NCBI GenBank assembly: GCA_964471125.1
Contig: CAYYFD010000002.1
Span: 1-33,399 of the forward strand
Reading direction: 5' to 3'
Length of the DNA: 33,399 bases
From: an uncultured Candidatus Peribacteria bacterium
Lineage (GTDB): Bacteria; Patescibacteriota; Gracilibacteria; Peribacterales; Peribacteraceae
The position numbers were made by a program, and so were the translations under genes. The notes beneath the pieces are model-generated. The model saw only the letters and a program-made list of their open reading frames with translations, searched no databases and was not told the DNA's origin. How positions within the stretch are numbered: position 1 is the first letter of the stretch; each line of letters begins with the position of its first letter. This document shows positions 8,532 to 17,126 of the stretch, piece by piece.

Positions 8532-8597
8532 GATTTATAAAGATTATAAAAGTAGGACAGGAACGTTCCTGTCCTACTTTTATAATCTTTATAAATC
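8532..8597. repeat. perfect 66-bp palindrome filling the ftsW-murG spacer
   Basis: GATTTATAAAGATTATAAAAGTAGGACAGGAAC (8532-8564) is the exact reverse complement of 8565-8597, with no loop. The identical peptide fragments in both-strand track ORFs reflect this palindrome. Confidence 0.95.
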
Positions 8598-8598
8598 T

Positions 8599-9789
8599 TC
8601 ACGTCATCAACTTCTGCAGCATCCCCGTCTTGCGTCTTCCTCGTCGTGCCATTACTGCCTCCTGCGTTGAATGCATCGAGATATTGAGCAGAATGCCGGT
8701 GCCCATGAGGATGGACATCAGAGAGGATCCTCCGTAGCTGAGAAAGGGGAGAGTGAGTCCCGTGAGAGGGAACAGCGCGAGCGTCACGGCGACATTGAGC
8801 AGAGCCTGAAAAGCGATCCACGTGGTGATGCCGGTTGCCACCAGAAACCCGAAGCGATCCGGTGCGCAGCGCGCGACTGTATACCCGCGCCAGACAAAAA
8901 TGCCGTACATGCCGAGGATGATCATGAGCCGCAGAAACCCAAGCTCCTCCGCCATCGCTGCAAAGATCATGTCTGCCTGCACCTCCGGGAGGTAGCCGAA
9001 TTTCTGGATGGATTTTCCATACCCAACGCCGAAGGGGCCGCCGGAGCCGACAGCGATGAGCGCCTGTTTGATCTGGAAGCCGATGGACTCGGCGATCGAC
9101 GGGTCATCCGGATGTAGAAACGCCATGAAGCGGTTGCGCACATATTGCTGCTGTAAAATGAGTGGTAGTCCGAAGACTGCTGCGATGGATGAGCCAAGAA
9201 TGACATGGAGGATATTGCCTCCAGCGACGAAGAACATCGTCACAGCGATGGCCGAGAGGACAAGAAAAGATCCAAGATCCGGCTGGATGGCGACGAGGAA
9301 CGTCGATACGAGGAGAAGCGATGCAAACGGCATAAATCCCTCTTTCCATGTGGAGATTTCCTGCTCGCGTTTTTGGAGCCAGAGCGCAAGGTAGAAGATC
9401 ATGGTGAGCTTTAAAAACTCCGATGGCTGCAGAGAAAACGGACCGATGCGCAGCCAGCTATGGGCTGTGCCGTACTCCGCGGAGATTCCTGGTAGAAATA
9501 CGATGACAAGGAGAAGAAGCGTGAGGCCGAACAGTGGCATCGCCAGTCGCTCCCACAGCCGGTAGGGCACGAGCATACAAAGGAAGCCCGCTCCTATACC
9601 CAGAAGCACATGGAAGAAGCTACGCCAAAGATAAAATGAATTACTTGGTGCATCCATTGCTCCCTGCGCTACCAGTCGCTCGGTGATCTGATAGCTTTCA
9701 AAGACCGACACGCTCGCGATCATCGCCAACCCGAAGAGCGTGAGCACCACAGTGACGCCGGCGAGGAGCATATCCATCCTGCGGAACAT
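8599..9789 (-). CDS. ftsW: SEDS-family peptidoglycan glycosyltransferase (FtsW/RodA/SpoVE)
   Basis: Polytopic membrane protein with the conserved C-terminal LTLPFLSYGGSS motif, located directly upstream of murG. Confidence 0.85.
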   Translation of the reverse strand: MFRRMDMLLAGVTVVLTLFGLAMIASVSVFESYQITERLVAQGAMDAPSNSFYLWRSFFHVLLGIGAGFLCMLVPYRLWERLAMPLFGLTLLLLVIVFLPGISAEYGTAHSWLRIGPFSLQPSEFLKLTMIFYLALWLQKREQEISTWKEGFMPFASLLLVSTFLVAIQPDLGSFLVLSAIAVTMFFVAGGNILHVILGSSIAAVFGLPLILQQQYVRNRFMAFLHPDDPSIAESIGFQIKQALIAVGSGGPFGVGYGKSIQKFGYLPEVQADMIFAAMAEELGFLRLMIILGMYGIFVWRGYTVARCAPDRFGFLVATGITTWIAFQALLNVAVTLALFPLTGLTLPFLSYGGSSLMSILMGTGILLNISMHSTQEAVMARRGRRKTGMLQKLMT

Positions 9790-9838
9790 AAGGCGTGAAT
9801 TATGAATTCAGAACGAGGAATTCGGAATTGTATTTGTT

Positions 9839-10714
9839 CTATTTTGCGTTTCGTATGCCACTCAGAAATGCCCGCCTGTGCTTCCCTGCCATCGTCGGCA
9901 GCATTGCAGATAATCTATAGAGCAAGAGCTTCCAGCCGTGCGGCAAACGGTCAAACCCTGCAAAGAGCGATCCTATTCGCACGGCGGACTCTCCGAGCAC
10001 TTCCATACGTTTTATAGAGGACTCCATAGTGATGCGGTGGCGATGCAGTGCGCGGGCATCCGGCTCAAAGATCAAAGGTACTCCTCCATCCCGCAGCCGC
10101 GATCCCCATTCGATGTCCTCCCAGCCGTAGAGTGTGACGTCTTCGCGGAAGGGATATTGTTTTGCGATTTCCGTCGGAAGACTGATGTGACTGGTGTACG
10201 TGAAACGATGCTGCATGTGCGCTGGTATGGGTTTGTGTACATAGTTTTTCAGAAGCGGATAACCGAACTGCCATCCGGATTTCTCAAGCCAGCGCATCAC
10301 CGGCGTAATGCCGAGAGCGGGATCCCAAGTGGTGTAGCCGAGGACGGCAGACTCATGGTTGTGGGTTGTGGGTTGCGGGTTGTGTGCCTTTACATGAATT
10401 TCGCATGCACTCCTCTCCAGAAATATATCATCACCGATGAACATGACGAGTGGAGCGGTAGCGAGGGCGACACCGCGGTTACGAGCGACACCTTGTTGGG
10501 ATTTGGGGATTTCAAGGAACCGTAAGTTGCAAGTTGCAAGTTGCAAAGCAGACTTCGGACTAAAGAGCTTGGTGGTTGCATGGTCGTGTCCGTCGCTCAC
10601 AACGATGACTTCCAGTTGGTCGGCGATAGTTTGCGTTGAAAGATGATGCAAGCAGCGCGCGAGAATATCGGCGCGTTCATGCGTGGGGATGACGACCGAA
10701 AGAGAAGGTTGCAA
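9839..10714 (-). CDS. family 2 (GT-A) glycosyltransferase
   Basis: The N-terminus LSVVIPTHERADIL and the later IGDDIF resemble GT2 signatures. The start is TTG at 10714. Confidence 0.75.
   Translation of the reverse strand: MQPSLSVVIPTHERADILARCLHHLSTQTIADQLEVIVVSDGHDHATTKLFSPKSALQLATCNLRFLEIPKSQQGVARNRGVALATAPLVMFIGDDIFLERSACEIHVKAHNPQPTTHNHESAVLGYTTWDPALGITPVMRWLEKSGWQFGYPLLKNYVHKPIPAHMQHRFTYTSHISLPTEIAKQYPFREDVTLYGWEDIEWGSRLRDGGVPLIFEPDARALHRHRITMESSIKRMEVLGESAVRIGSLFAGFDRLPHGWKLLLYRLSAMLPTMAGKHRRAFLSGIRNAK
10347..10374. repeat. heptanucleotide tandem repeat GGTTGYG x4 inside the glycosyltransferase gene
   Basis: GGTTGTG, GGTTGTG, GGTTGCG and GGTTGTG are read directly. The region encodes ...HNPQPTTHNH... 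Confidence 0.9.
10524..10548. repeat. heptanucleotide tandem repeat AAGTTGC x3.5 inside the glycosyltransferase gene
   Basis: AAGTTGC at 10524, 10531 and 10538, then AAAG. The region encodes ...ALQLATCNLRF... Confidence 0.9.
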
Positions 10715-10775
10715 AGGAAAAATGGAAAATCGATTAAATTGTAGGCTAAGAACGTTCTTGAACTACAATTTAGCT

Positions 10776-11420
10776 GTGAAATGTCTCTACATCGATCTCG
10801 CTTCCAACAAAGGATCTTTGGCGTTGGTTACGAAACAGGGAGTTTCGGCGATAGAGCATATTGATCAGCGCTTGGAGGATCAGGAGCTACTGCCGAGGGT
10901 CGAGAAATTATTGCAGGATGCTGGTTCCAGATTTGAAGACCTCACGCAGATTGTTTGTGTTGTGGGTCCGGGGGGTTTTATGAGTTTGCGGGTGGCGGTG
11001 GCGCTGGCAAATACTTTGGCGGATCAACTTAACATTCCAATCTGTGGAGTCCATTTGAGTGATGTATATGGAGGAAGGTTGCAGGTTGCAGGTTGCAGAT
11101 TGCAGAGTTGTTTATGGTTACATTCCACAAAAAAACAGGAATTGTTTGTACGGGGATTCGGGGACAGTGCGAAGATGTGGCCGGAGGCAACGCATGTGAC
11201 ATTGGAGGATTTTTTGAACATCCTCCGTAGAGACGCGCCTTTGGCACGTCTCTTGTGGGTTGGCGAATTAATCCCCGAACACCGCGATGTCCTCGCCGCA
11301 TCCGCAGCGGAGATTCATGAATCTCCGCTGCTACCCATGGAACAAATTCTCCCCGCATTCCTTCTACATCACGAATATAAAAAACAAATCCTCGAACCGT
11401 GGTACGGAAGAGGGTGGTAA
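10776..11420 (+). CDS. tsaB: tRNA threonylcarbamoyladenosine biosynthesis protein TsaB-like
   Basis: CLYIDLASNKGSLAL... and VVGPGGFMSLRVAVALANTLA match the TsaB (M22-like, inactive) pattern. I prefer the GTG at 10776 over the track start 10683, which would overlap the divergent gene. Confidence 0.7.
   Translation: MKCLYIDLASNKGSLALVTKQGVSAIEHIDQRLEDQELLPRVEKLLQDAGSRFEDLTQIVCVVGPGGFMSLRVAVALANTLADQLNIPICGVHLSDVYGGRLQVAGCRLQSCLWLHSTKKQELFVRGFGDSAKMWPEATHVTLEDFLNILRRDAPLARLLWVGELIPEHRDVLAASAAEIHESPLLPMEQILPAFLLHHEYKKQILEPWYGRGW
11076..11107. repeat. heptanucleotide tandem repeat AGGTTGC x3 + AGATTGC inside tsaB
   Basis: AGGTTGC at 11076, 11083 and 11090, then AGATTGC at 11097. The region encodes ...GRLQVAGCRLQS... 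Confidence 0.9.
11304..11331. repeat. 28-bp perfect palindrome inside tsaB, related to the ssb terminator hairpin
   Basis: GCAGCGGAGATTCA/TGAATCTCCGCTGC. Compare CCGTAGCGGAGGTTCA/TGAACCTCCGCTACGG at 1946-1977. Confidence 0.85.
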
Positions 11421-11796
11421 TTTCTTCCGAGAGATACTTGTTAATTTTCATGAATATTCTATATTCGCTTTAGGTATCTCCATGCACGTCTAACAAAAGG
11501 AGGACATCGTGCTGGGTTTTCTTCTCTGTCAGAACTGTATCGCTGTTCTGGTTCTCGGGGTTCCACCCGACAAATTCAGGACGAAGATACGCCGCGTGAA
11601 GCCATCACAGGATTGGCCGACTGCGGTAGAACAGCTGCGGTCTCCGCAGCGCAGAGGACTGCCGGTGCACATGCATCGGAAAGGCTGACATCTGTCAGCC
11701 ACAGAATACCTACGCCCGGAGTCTCAGACTCCGGGCGGCATTTAAAACACCATCGAATCCTTCGAACTCTTTCCATTCTTCGCTATCCTCTCCCCG
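11421..11796 (+). promoter_or_regulatory. long structured non-coding spacer upstream of secA (candidate leader or ncRNA)
   Basis: 376 nt with no convincing ORF and several stems: 11542-11549/11628-11635, 11634-11650, 11683-11700, and 11713-11737 (11-bp stem, 3-nt loop). Confidence 0.4.
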
Positions 11797-14532
11797 ATGG
11801 CTGTCATTGAATTTTTAAACAAGCTCCTCGGCGATCCCAATGAAAAGGAACTCAAACGTGTTCGGCCGGTGGTGCCGAAAGTGCGCGAGTGGCAGAAAAA
11901 GTATCAGGATCTACAGTTAGCCGATCTTCCGATGAAGACCGAAGAGTTCAAAAAGCGCATTGCCGGCGGAGAATCCGTCGATGATCTTCTTCCTGAAGCT
12001 TTTGGACTGGTGTGCCGTGCATGCGAACTCCTCAAGGGTAGTTCCGCGTCACTCGGTCAGCAGACCTTCACATGGAACATGGTGCCGTTTGATGTGCAGA
12101 TCATTGGTGGTGCGGCGCTTCACAAAGGATGCATTGCAGAGATGAAGACCGGAGAAGGCAAGACACTCGTTTGTACATTGCCTGTGTACCTCAATGCACT
12201 TTCTGGAAAAGGCGTACATGTGGTCACCGTCAACGATTATCTCGCACGTCGTGACAGCACATGGATGGGCCTTCTCTACAACGCTCTTGGCCTCACTGTC
12301 GGTGTGATTATTCACGAAAAGACTACAGAAGAGCGAAGGACTGCATATGCATCCGATGTTACCTACGGAACGAACAACGAATTCGGTTTTGACTACCTCA
12401 GAGACAACATGTCGGTGAGTATCGACCGGCAGGTGCAGAGGGGTCTTCATTACGCCATCGTCGACGAAGTCGACAGCATTCTTATCGATGAAGCTCGCAC
12501 GCCGCTCATTATTTCCCAACCTGCAGGAGAGTCCACAACGAAGTATCAGCAGTATGCCCAGCTTGTGCAGGGTCTTGCGGAGAATACGCATTACACGCGT
12601 GATGAAAAGCAGCGTGTGGCGACACTTACAGAAGAGGGTGTAAAAAAAATGGAGGAACTTCTCGGACTGGAAAATATCTATACCGAGAAAGGTTTTGAGG
12701 AAGTGCATCACATCGAGCAGGCATTGCGCGCGCATGCTATCTACCGCACGGATGTAGATTACGTCGTGAAAGACGGCGAGATCATCATCGTTGATGAATT
12801 TACAGGTCGCCTGATGCCGGGCCGGAGGTACAGTCACGGCCTTCACCAGGCTATCGAAGCAAAGGAGCGGGTCGAAGTGCAGCGCGAGAGCAAGACGCTT
12901 GCGACAATCACCTTTCAGAACTATTTCCGTCTCTATGGAAAGCTCGCAGGCATGACCGGAACAGCGAAAACAGAAGAAGAAGAGTTTGAGTCGATCTACA
13001 AACTGGGAACGCTTGTCATCCCCACACACATGCCAGTGACGCGCGACGACAATTCTGATGCTGTCTACAGCACCGTCGTTGCTAAGTTCCGTGCCGTCGC
13101 CAAAATTGCAAAAGAGAAGTACGAGAAGGGTCAGCCGGTACTCATCGGTACTACTTCCATCGAAAAATCCGAGGCGATGGGGCTTCTCCTCGAAGAGATG
13201 CAGGTTCCCTACCAGATTCTCAATGCCAAGCAGCACCAGCGTGAAGCCGAGATCATTGCGAATGCCGGACAAAAAGGATCCATCACGATCGCAACGAACA
13301 TGGCCGGGCGCGGTACAGACATCAAGCTGGGAGAGGGAATAGCAGGTCTTGGGGGATTAGTCGTTCTTGGAACCGAACGCCACGAAGCACGGCGTATAGA
13401 TAACCAGCTCCGTGGTCGTAGTGGTCGCCAGGGAGACCCAGGAGAGTCACGATTTTTCGTCTCTATGGAAGATGATCTCATGCGTCTCTTTGGCGGAGAT
13501 CGCCTCAAGGCGATGATGGTGCGCCTGAAAGTTCCTGATGATGTTCCTCTCGAAAATTCCCTTGTTTCGCGCAGTATCGAAAGTGCGCAGAAAAAAGTGG
13601 AAGGTCGCAACTTCGATATCCGCCGGCATGTCGTGCAGTACGACGACGTGATGAACAAGCACCGCGAGATCATTTATAAGAGGCGGCAGAAGATTCTCCA
13701 GAGGCTTGCGGAGTTTGAGAATGGCAATGAAGAATTGAAAACCTCCACAGAGCAGCCATCTGACGAATCTCCGCTTCATGAAGTAGTCCTCAATATTCTT
13801 CGTGAGGAGGTGCAGTCGCTTGTTGCATTACACTGCACTGCTACTGATCCGGATGCATGGGGGATCGACATCATTCATTCAACGATCGTTGGCATGCATC
13901 CCGATCTCCAAACGCGTATGCCACTGGAGAAATGTAAAGAGTTTGCGGATGCAGATGCACTGGTAAAATTCCTCGGAGATCAGCTGACAGGGTTATACGA
14001 GGAACGGTGTGTAGCAGCGGATCCCATTGCTGTTGCGCAGGCGGAGCGTGTCGTCACATTGCGTTCTATCGACACGCACTGGATGGATCACATTGATGAC
14101 ATGGCGCACCTCAGAGAGCAGGTGGCCTTCGCCGGATTTGCCCAGCGCGATCCGCTCATCGAGTACAAGGATCAGGGCTTCCGTCGTTTCCAGCAGCTTC
14201 TTGCGACGATCGATTCCACCATCGCACGCACACTTCTCCAAGTCGACTTCCGGCAATTCCAGCCGCGCGCGATTTTGCAGCAGGCCGACGATGAACTTGC
14301 CAGTATCCGGACGAATGAAGATCAGATCGAGGCAGAGCTGGAGGAGACGGGCGTGGGAACAAGTAAGGCAGCTGGGGGAGGGCAGATGGCGGGTGATATT
14401 CTCAGTGCGCGACCGAGTGGTGGACGGTCATCCGCGCCCATGGTGAAGGAACGGCATACACAGGATGTCGGGCGCAATGATGCGTGTCCTTGCGGGAGTG
14501 GAAAGAAGTTTAAGAAGTGTCATGGGAAATAA
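11797..14532 (+). CDS. secA: preprotein translocase ATPase SecA
   Basis: Motor motifs [26 protein letters not shown] and [10 protein letters not shown], plus the C-terminal zinc-binding tail [15 protein letters not shown]. Confidence 0.96.
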   Translation: MAVIEFLNKLLGDPNEKELKRVRPVVPKVREWQKKYQDLQLADLPMKTEEFKKRIAGGESVDDLLPEAFGLVCRACELLKGSSASLGQQTFTWNMVPFDVQIIGGAALHKGCIAEMKTGEGKTLVCTLPVYLNALSGKGVHVVTVNDYLARRDSTWMGLLYNALGLTVGVIIHEKTTEERRTAYASDVTYGTNNEFGFDYLRDNMSVSIDRQVQRGLHYAIVDEVDSILIDEARTPLIISQPAGESTTKYQQYAQLVQGLAENTHYTRDEKQRVATLTEEGVKKMEELLGLENIYTEKGFEEVHHIEQALRAHAIYRTDVDYVVKDGEIIIVDEFTGRLMPGRRYSHGLHQAIEAKERVEVQRESKTLATITFQNYFRLYGKLAGMTGTAKTEEEEFESIYKLGTLVIPTHMPVTRDDNSDAVYSTVVAKFRAVAKIAKEKYEKGQPVLIGTTSIEKSEAMGLLLEEMQVPYQILNAKQHQREAEIIANAGQKGSITIATNMAGRGTDIKLGEGIAGLGGLVVLGTERHEARRIDNQLRGRSGRQGDPGESRFFVSMEDDLMRLFGGDRLKAMMVRLKVPDDVPLENSLVSRSIESAQKKVEGRNFDIRRHVVQYDDVMNKHREIIYKRRQKILQRLAEFENGNEELKTSTEQPSDESPLHEVVLNILREEVQSLVALHCTATDPDAWGIDIIHSTIVGMHPDLQTRMPLEKCKEFADADALVKFLGDQLTGLYEERCVAADPIAVAQAERVVTLRSIDTHWMDHIDDMAHLREQVAFAGFAQRDPLIEYKDQGFRRFQQLLATIDSTIARTLLQVDFRQFQPRAILQQADDELASIRTNEDQIEAELEETGVGTSKAAGGGQMAGDILSARPSGGRSSAPMVKERHTQDVGRNDACPCGSGKKFKKCHGK

Positions 14533-14538
14533 CACACA

Positions 14539-14838
14539 TCACGCCAATCGCGTTCCTCTATCAGCATCGATCACAATGCCTTCCTTGGTAGGAATAGCTG
14601 TACATGTTCTTGCATAAGGAGCATATCCATCGCCATGGATTGTCGGTTTCTGTGTTTTGAGATTAAGAATATTCTCTATACCTGAAACCACATGCCGCGA
14701 GCACATATTACAAATCCCATGGCCTCCACAAGCACCCAGAAGATTGATCCCGATGCGGCTGGCTGCAGAGGCAATGGACTCGCCGTCATTCACTTCACAG
14801 GGGATATCAGTGCCATCCTGCCTGATGGTTATTCTCAT
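14539..14838 (-). CDS. small 2Fe-2S ferredoxin-like protein
   Basis: Cys pattern GACGGHGICNMC...TC, paralogous to the 94-aa ferredoxin at 16760-17044. Confidence 0.65.
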   Translation of the reverse strand: MRITIRQDGTDIPCEVNDGESIASAASRIGINLLGACGGHGICNMCSRHVVSGIENILNLKTQKPTIHGDGYAPYARTCTAIPTKEGIVIDADRGTRLA

Positions 14839-14912
14839 ATGATTATTATGTGTTATAACCTAATATTGTCAACCATTTGTAATAGTCATGTCTGTGAAGA
14901 TTCCCTTCCCTG

Positions 14913-14935
14913 GAGACGCACTAAAAGTGCGTCTC
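14913..14935. repeat. GAGACGCAC-loop-GTGCGTCTC hairpin
   Basis: 9-bp stem with a 5-nt loop. It shares the GGAGACG(G)CAC...GTG(C)CGTCTCTAC pattern with the copies at 19197-19275. Confidence 0.8.
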
Positions 14936-14957
14936 TACGCATGCTGTAACAATACTA

Positions 14958-15950
14958 TTGAAGCGGTATACTGCTATCTCTATACGTATCCCCGATGCCA
15001 TTGTCGGCCACGCAGAGCAGCTTGAGGCTCTGCGCAGTGACATTACTTCAGAGAATGTCTCCCATGCGTATCTTTTCCATGGACCTGCGCATCTCGGGAA
15101 GATGACGGTTGCCATGTGGTTTGCGCGTGAACTGCTGCGTAGCGGAGTAAGTGCGGATGCAATGGAAAATATTGATCATCAGATCGAGCGCCTCACACAT
15201 CCCGATCTCTTTGTGCTCGATCAACTCTGGATGGAGGAAGTTTGCGAGGACTGGAATGTTATCGCGAGGACATCCAACGTGCCGCAGGGGCACAGGGAAA
15301 AATCTGGCGCGAAGACCGATGTTATTAGTATTGACGATATTCGCGCGCTCCATGACCGCCTGCATGAAAAAGGACTCTCGCGATATCGCTGCTGTGTCAT
15401 ACGGTCGGTTGACCGTATGCAGGACAATGCGAGCAACGTGCTTCTGAAAATTCTCGAGGAGCCGCCGGCAGGTTTAGTATTTATCCTGACAGCGGATTCT
15501 TCCGCATCGCTGCTCCCCACAATTGTTTCGCGTGCACGCGTCATGCCTTTCCATCGTGTGGCGGATCGCGCGCTTCTGCCACTTCTGTCCGCTGCCGCGG
15601 ATGATGATCGGCAGTTTATCCTTGCACTCGCTCAGGGTGCTCCGGGCATTATTTACAATCTCAAGGATGACCCTGATGTCCTGCGCAGTCACCGGCTCCA
15701 GCAGAGCGCGGCCAGTGCATTCTGGCGATCCACTTCACTCTCCGAGCGTCTTCAGTACCTCGAGCCGGTTCTCAAGCGCGGAAAGGACGCTGATGATTTT
15801 CTCCTGCATCTAGCACTCGCACTACGTCAGCAATCCGTTGCGCATCCTCGCGCAACCCGCGCACTCATGGAACTTCTGCGAGGCTTTGAAACCAATGCCC
15901 ATCGGCAAATTCTCTCGCAGCGGTTTGCGATGAAAAGTCTCGCTGGGTAG
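14958..15950 (+). CDS. holB: DNA polymerase III delta-prime subunit (clamp-loader AAA+ family)
   Basis: AYLFHGPAHLGKMTVA and LLKILEEPPAG boxes, followed by SRA, typical of delta-prime/gamma clamp-loader subunits. The TTG start at 14958 is uncertain. Confidence 0.78.
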   Translation: MKRYTAISIRIPDAIVGHAEQLEALRSDITSENVSHAYLFHGPAHLGKMTVAMWFARELLRSGVSADAMENIDHQIERLTHPDLFVLDQLWMEEVCEDWNVIARTSNVPQGHREKSGAKTDVISIDDIRALHDRLHEKGLSRYRCCVIRSVDRMQDNASNVLLKILEEPPAGLVFILTADSSASLLPTIVSRARVMPFHRVADRALLPLLSAAADDDRQFILALAQGAPGIIYNLKDDPDVLRSHRLQQSAASAFWRSTSLSERLQYLEPVLKRGKDADDFLLHLALALRQQSVAHPRATRALMELLRGFETNAHRQILSQRFAMKSLAG

Positions 15951-15954
15951 CGCT

Positions 15955-16725
15955 CTAGACTTTTGCCAGCTCCGCCATCTTCGCTTTTACTGCTTCATCG
16001 TAAGGCTCTAGACGGTTGATGCGTCGGTACGTTTCCTCGGCCTTATCCTTGTGGCCCAGCTGCAGATAGCATTCGGCTAGGAGATGCAGGAGCTCCGTAC
16101 TGCGGCCCAGACGATGTGCCGCTTTTTCTAGTAGGGGAGCGGCTTCCTCAAACCGGTGTGCTGCAATACAAGCTCTTCCGAGGGCTGCAGACCTCTCCGG
16201 AGTTTTCGGATCACGGTTCAGTGCCTCCTGATACGCGCGGCAGGCATCCACATATTTTGCCTGTCGGTAGTACGCCAGTCCGAGGTTGGCGTGGAAAGAT
16301 ACATCATCCTGTTGCTGCAGGAGCTCTTTATAGAGTGCTTCCGCTTTCGGTTCGCGCTCTGTAGTGAGGTAGAGCTTCGCGAGCTCCGCACGCACATCGC
16401 AGGCCGTAGGGTCAATGGTAAGAGCCTGTATGAAGAGTCGCTCCGCTTCCTCGGTCTTGCTCTGGGCAATGGCTTTCTCTGCCGAACGGAAGAGTGTGCG
16501 TACCTGCTGCATTTCCATAGCCGACACGCGGGGATTTTTCTTCGGCTTACAGATAACGCGCTCCTCCACCACATTCAATCCCCGTTGCTCGGCAAGTGCG
16601 GCGCGGTAGCGGATCGACCGTACGAATCTGCGTACCATCCTGTTACGGACAACGATTTTTAGTCCGAGGATGGTGCAAATACCGAGAAAAGAGCCGATAA
16701 GGACGAGGACATAGATCAACGGCAA
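15955..16725 (-). CDS. membrane-anchored TPR-repeat protein
   Basis: N-terminal TM helix (LIYVLVLIGSFLGICTILGL) followed by several 34-aa TPR-like repeats (e.g. ANLGLAYYRQAKYVDACRAYQEAL). Confidence 0.72.
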   Translation of the reverse strand: MPLIYVLVLIGSFLGICTILGLKIVVRNRMVRRFVRSIRYRAALAEQRGLNVVEERVICKPKKNPRVSAMEMQQVRTLFRSAEKAIAQSKTEEAERLFIQALTIDPTACDVRAELAKLYLTTEREPKAEALYKELLQQQDDVSFHANLGLAYYRQAKYVDACRAYQEALNRDPKTPERSAALGRACIAAHRFEEAAPLLEKAAHRLGRSTELLHLLAECYLQLGHKDKAEETYRRINRLEPYDEAVKAKMAELAKV

Positions 16726-16759
16726 GAAAGCCTAACATTTTTCGTTAAAGGCAACAAGG

Positions 16760-17044
16760 CTAATACTCTATGACCTCCACCTCTACATCATTTTCCACCT
16801 GCGCCTGACAACTCAGGCGATCAGGGTCTTCTATGACGCCCATATTTTCTTCGCGGTCATTGCGCGGGCTTAAGTTCTCTATGCCCTGTTTCACTTTGCA
16901 CATGCAGGTGGTGCAAAATCCATTCCCTCCGCAAGCATGTTCCATGGGAATGCCATGGTCCAATGCAATTTGCAGAAGTGTCTGGCCGGTTTCTGCCTCG
17001 ACGGTTTTTATCTGGCCGGAGTAGTGGAATGTGACTTTGGGCAC
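16760..17044 (-). CDS. 2Fe-2S ferredoxin
   Basis: ACGGNGFCTTCMC plus the distal LSCQ Cys, a plant/adrenodoxin-like 2Fe-2S pattern. GTG start. Confidence 0.78.
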   Translation of the reverse strand: MPKVTFHYSGQIKTVEAETGQTLLQIALDHGIPMEHACGGNGFCTTCMCKVKQGIENLSPRNDREENMGVIEDPDRLSCQAQVENDVEVEVIEY

Positions 17045-17126
17045 GGGGGGCTAGAGTACTGGAATACGAGAATACTAGGCGAAATTTAATTTCTAGTACT
17101 CTAGTATTCTAGCCCAAGCCCCAACT
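17045..17126. promoter_or_regulatory. divergent ferredoxin/sufC control region with imperfect inverted repeats
   Basis: CTAGAGTACT...GAATACGAGAATACTAG - 15 nt AT-rich - TAGTACTCTAGTATTCTAG. The words CTAGAGTACT/AGTACTCTAG and GAATACTAG/CTAGTATTC are mutually complementary. Confidence 0.45.

Noticed and set aside
7780-11107. Possibility that the short tandem repeats are a CRISPR array
   Set aside because: The units are only 7 nt, directly abutting with no spacers, and lie inside coding genes. No cas genes are in the window.
11553-11570. tRNA-like T-arm (TCGGG-GTTCCAC-CCCGA) in the secA upstream spacer
   Set aside because: The loop does not fit the TTCRANY consensus, and no acceptor, D or anticodon arms can be drawn around it.
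11541-11640. SRP (4.5S) RNA candidate suggested by CTGTTCTGGTTCTC resembling the E. coli 4.5S 5' end
   Set aside because: I could not find the conserved domain IV motif (GGAA tetraloop flanked by AGG and AGCA) on either strand.
11678-11710. RNase P-like words (GGAAAGG ... ACAGAA) in the secA upstream spacer
   Set aside because: In RNase P RNA the two P4 strands are about 300 nt apart, but here they are about 20 nt apart. Other conserved regions are absent.
12049-13272. 407-aa ORF antisense to secA
   Set aside because: It is codon-aligned antisense to a very well supported secA and has a low-complexity, Cys/Phe/Leu-rich composition with no motifs. This is a typical shadow ORF.
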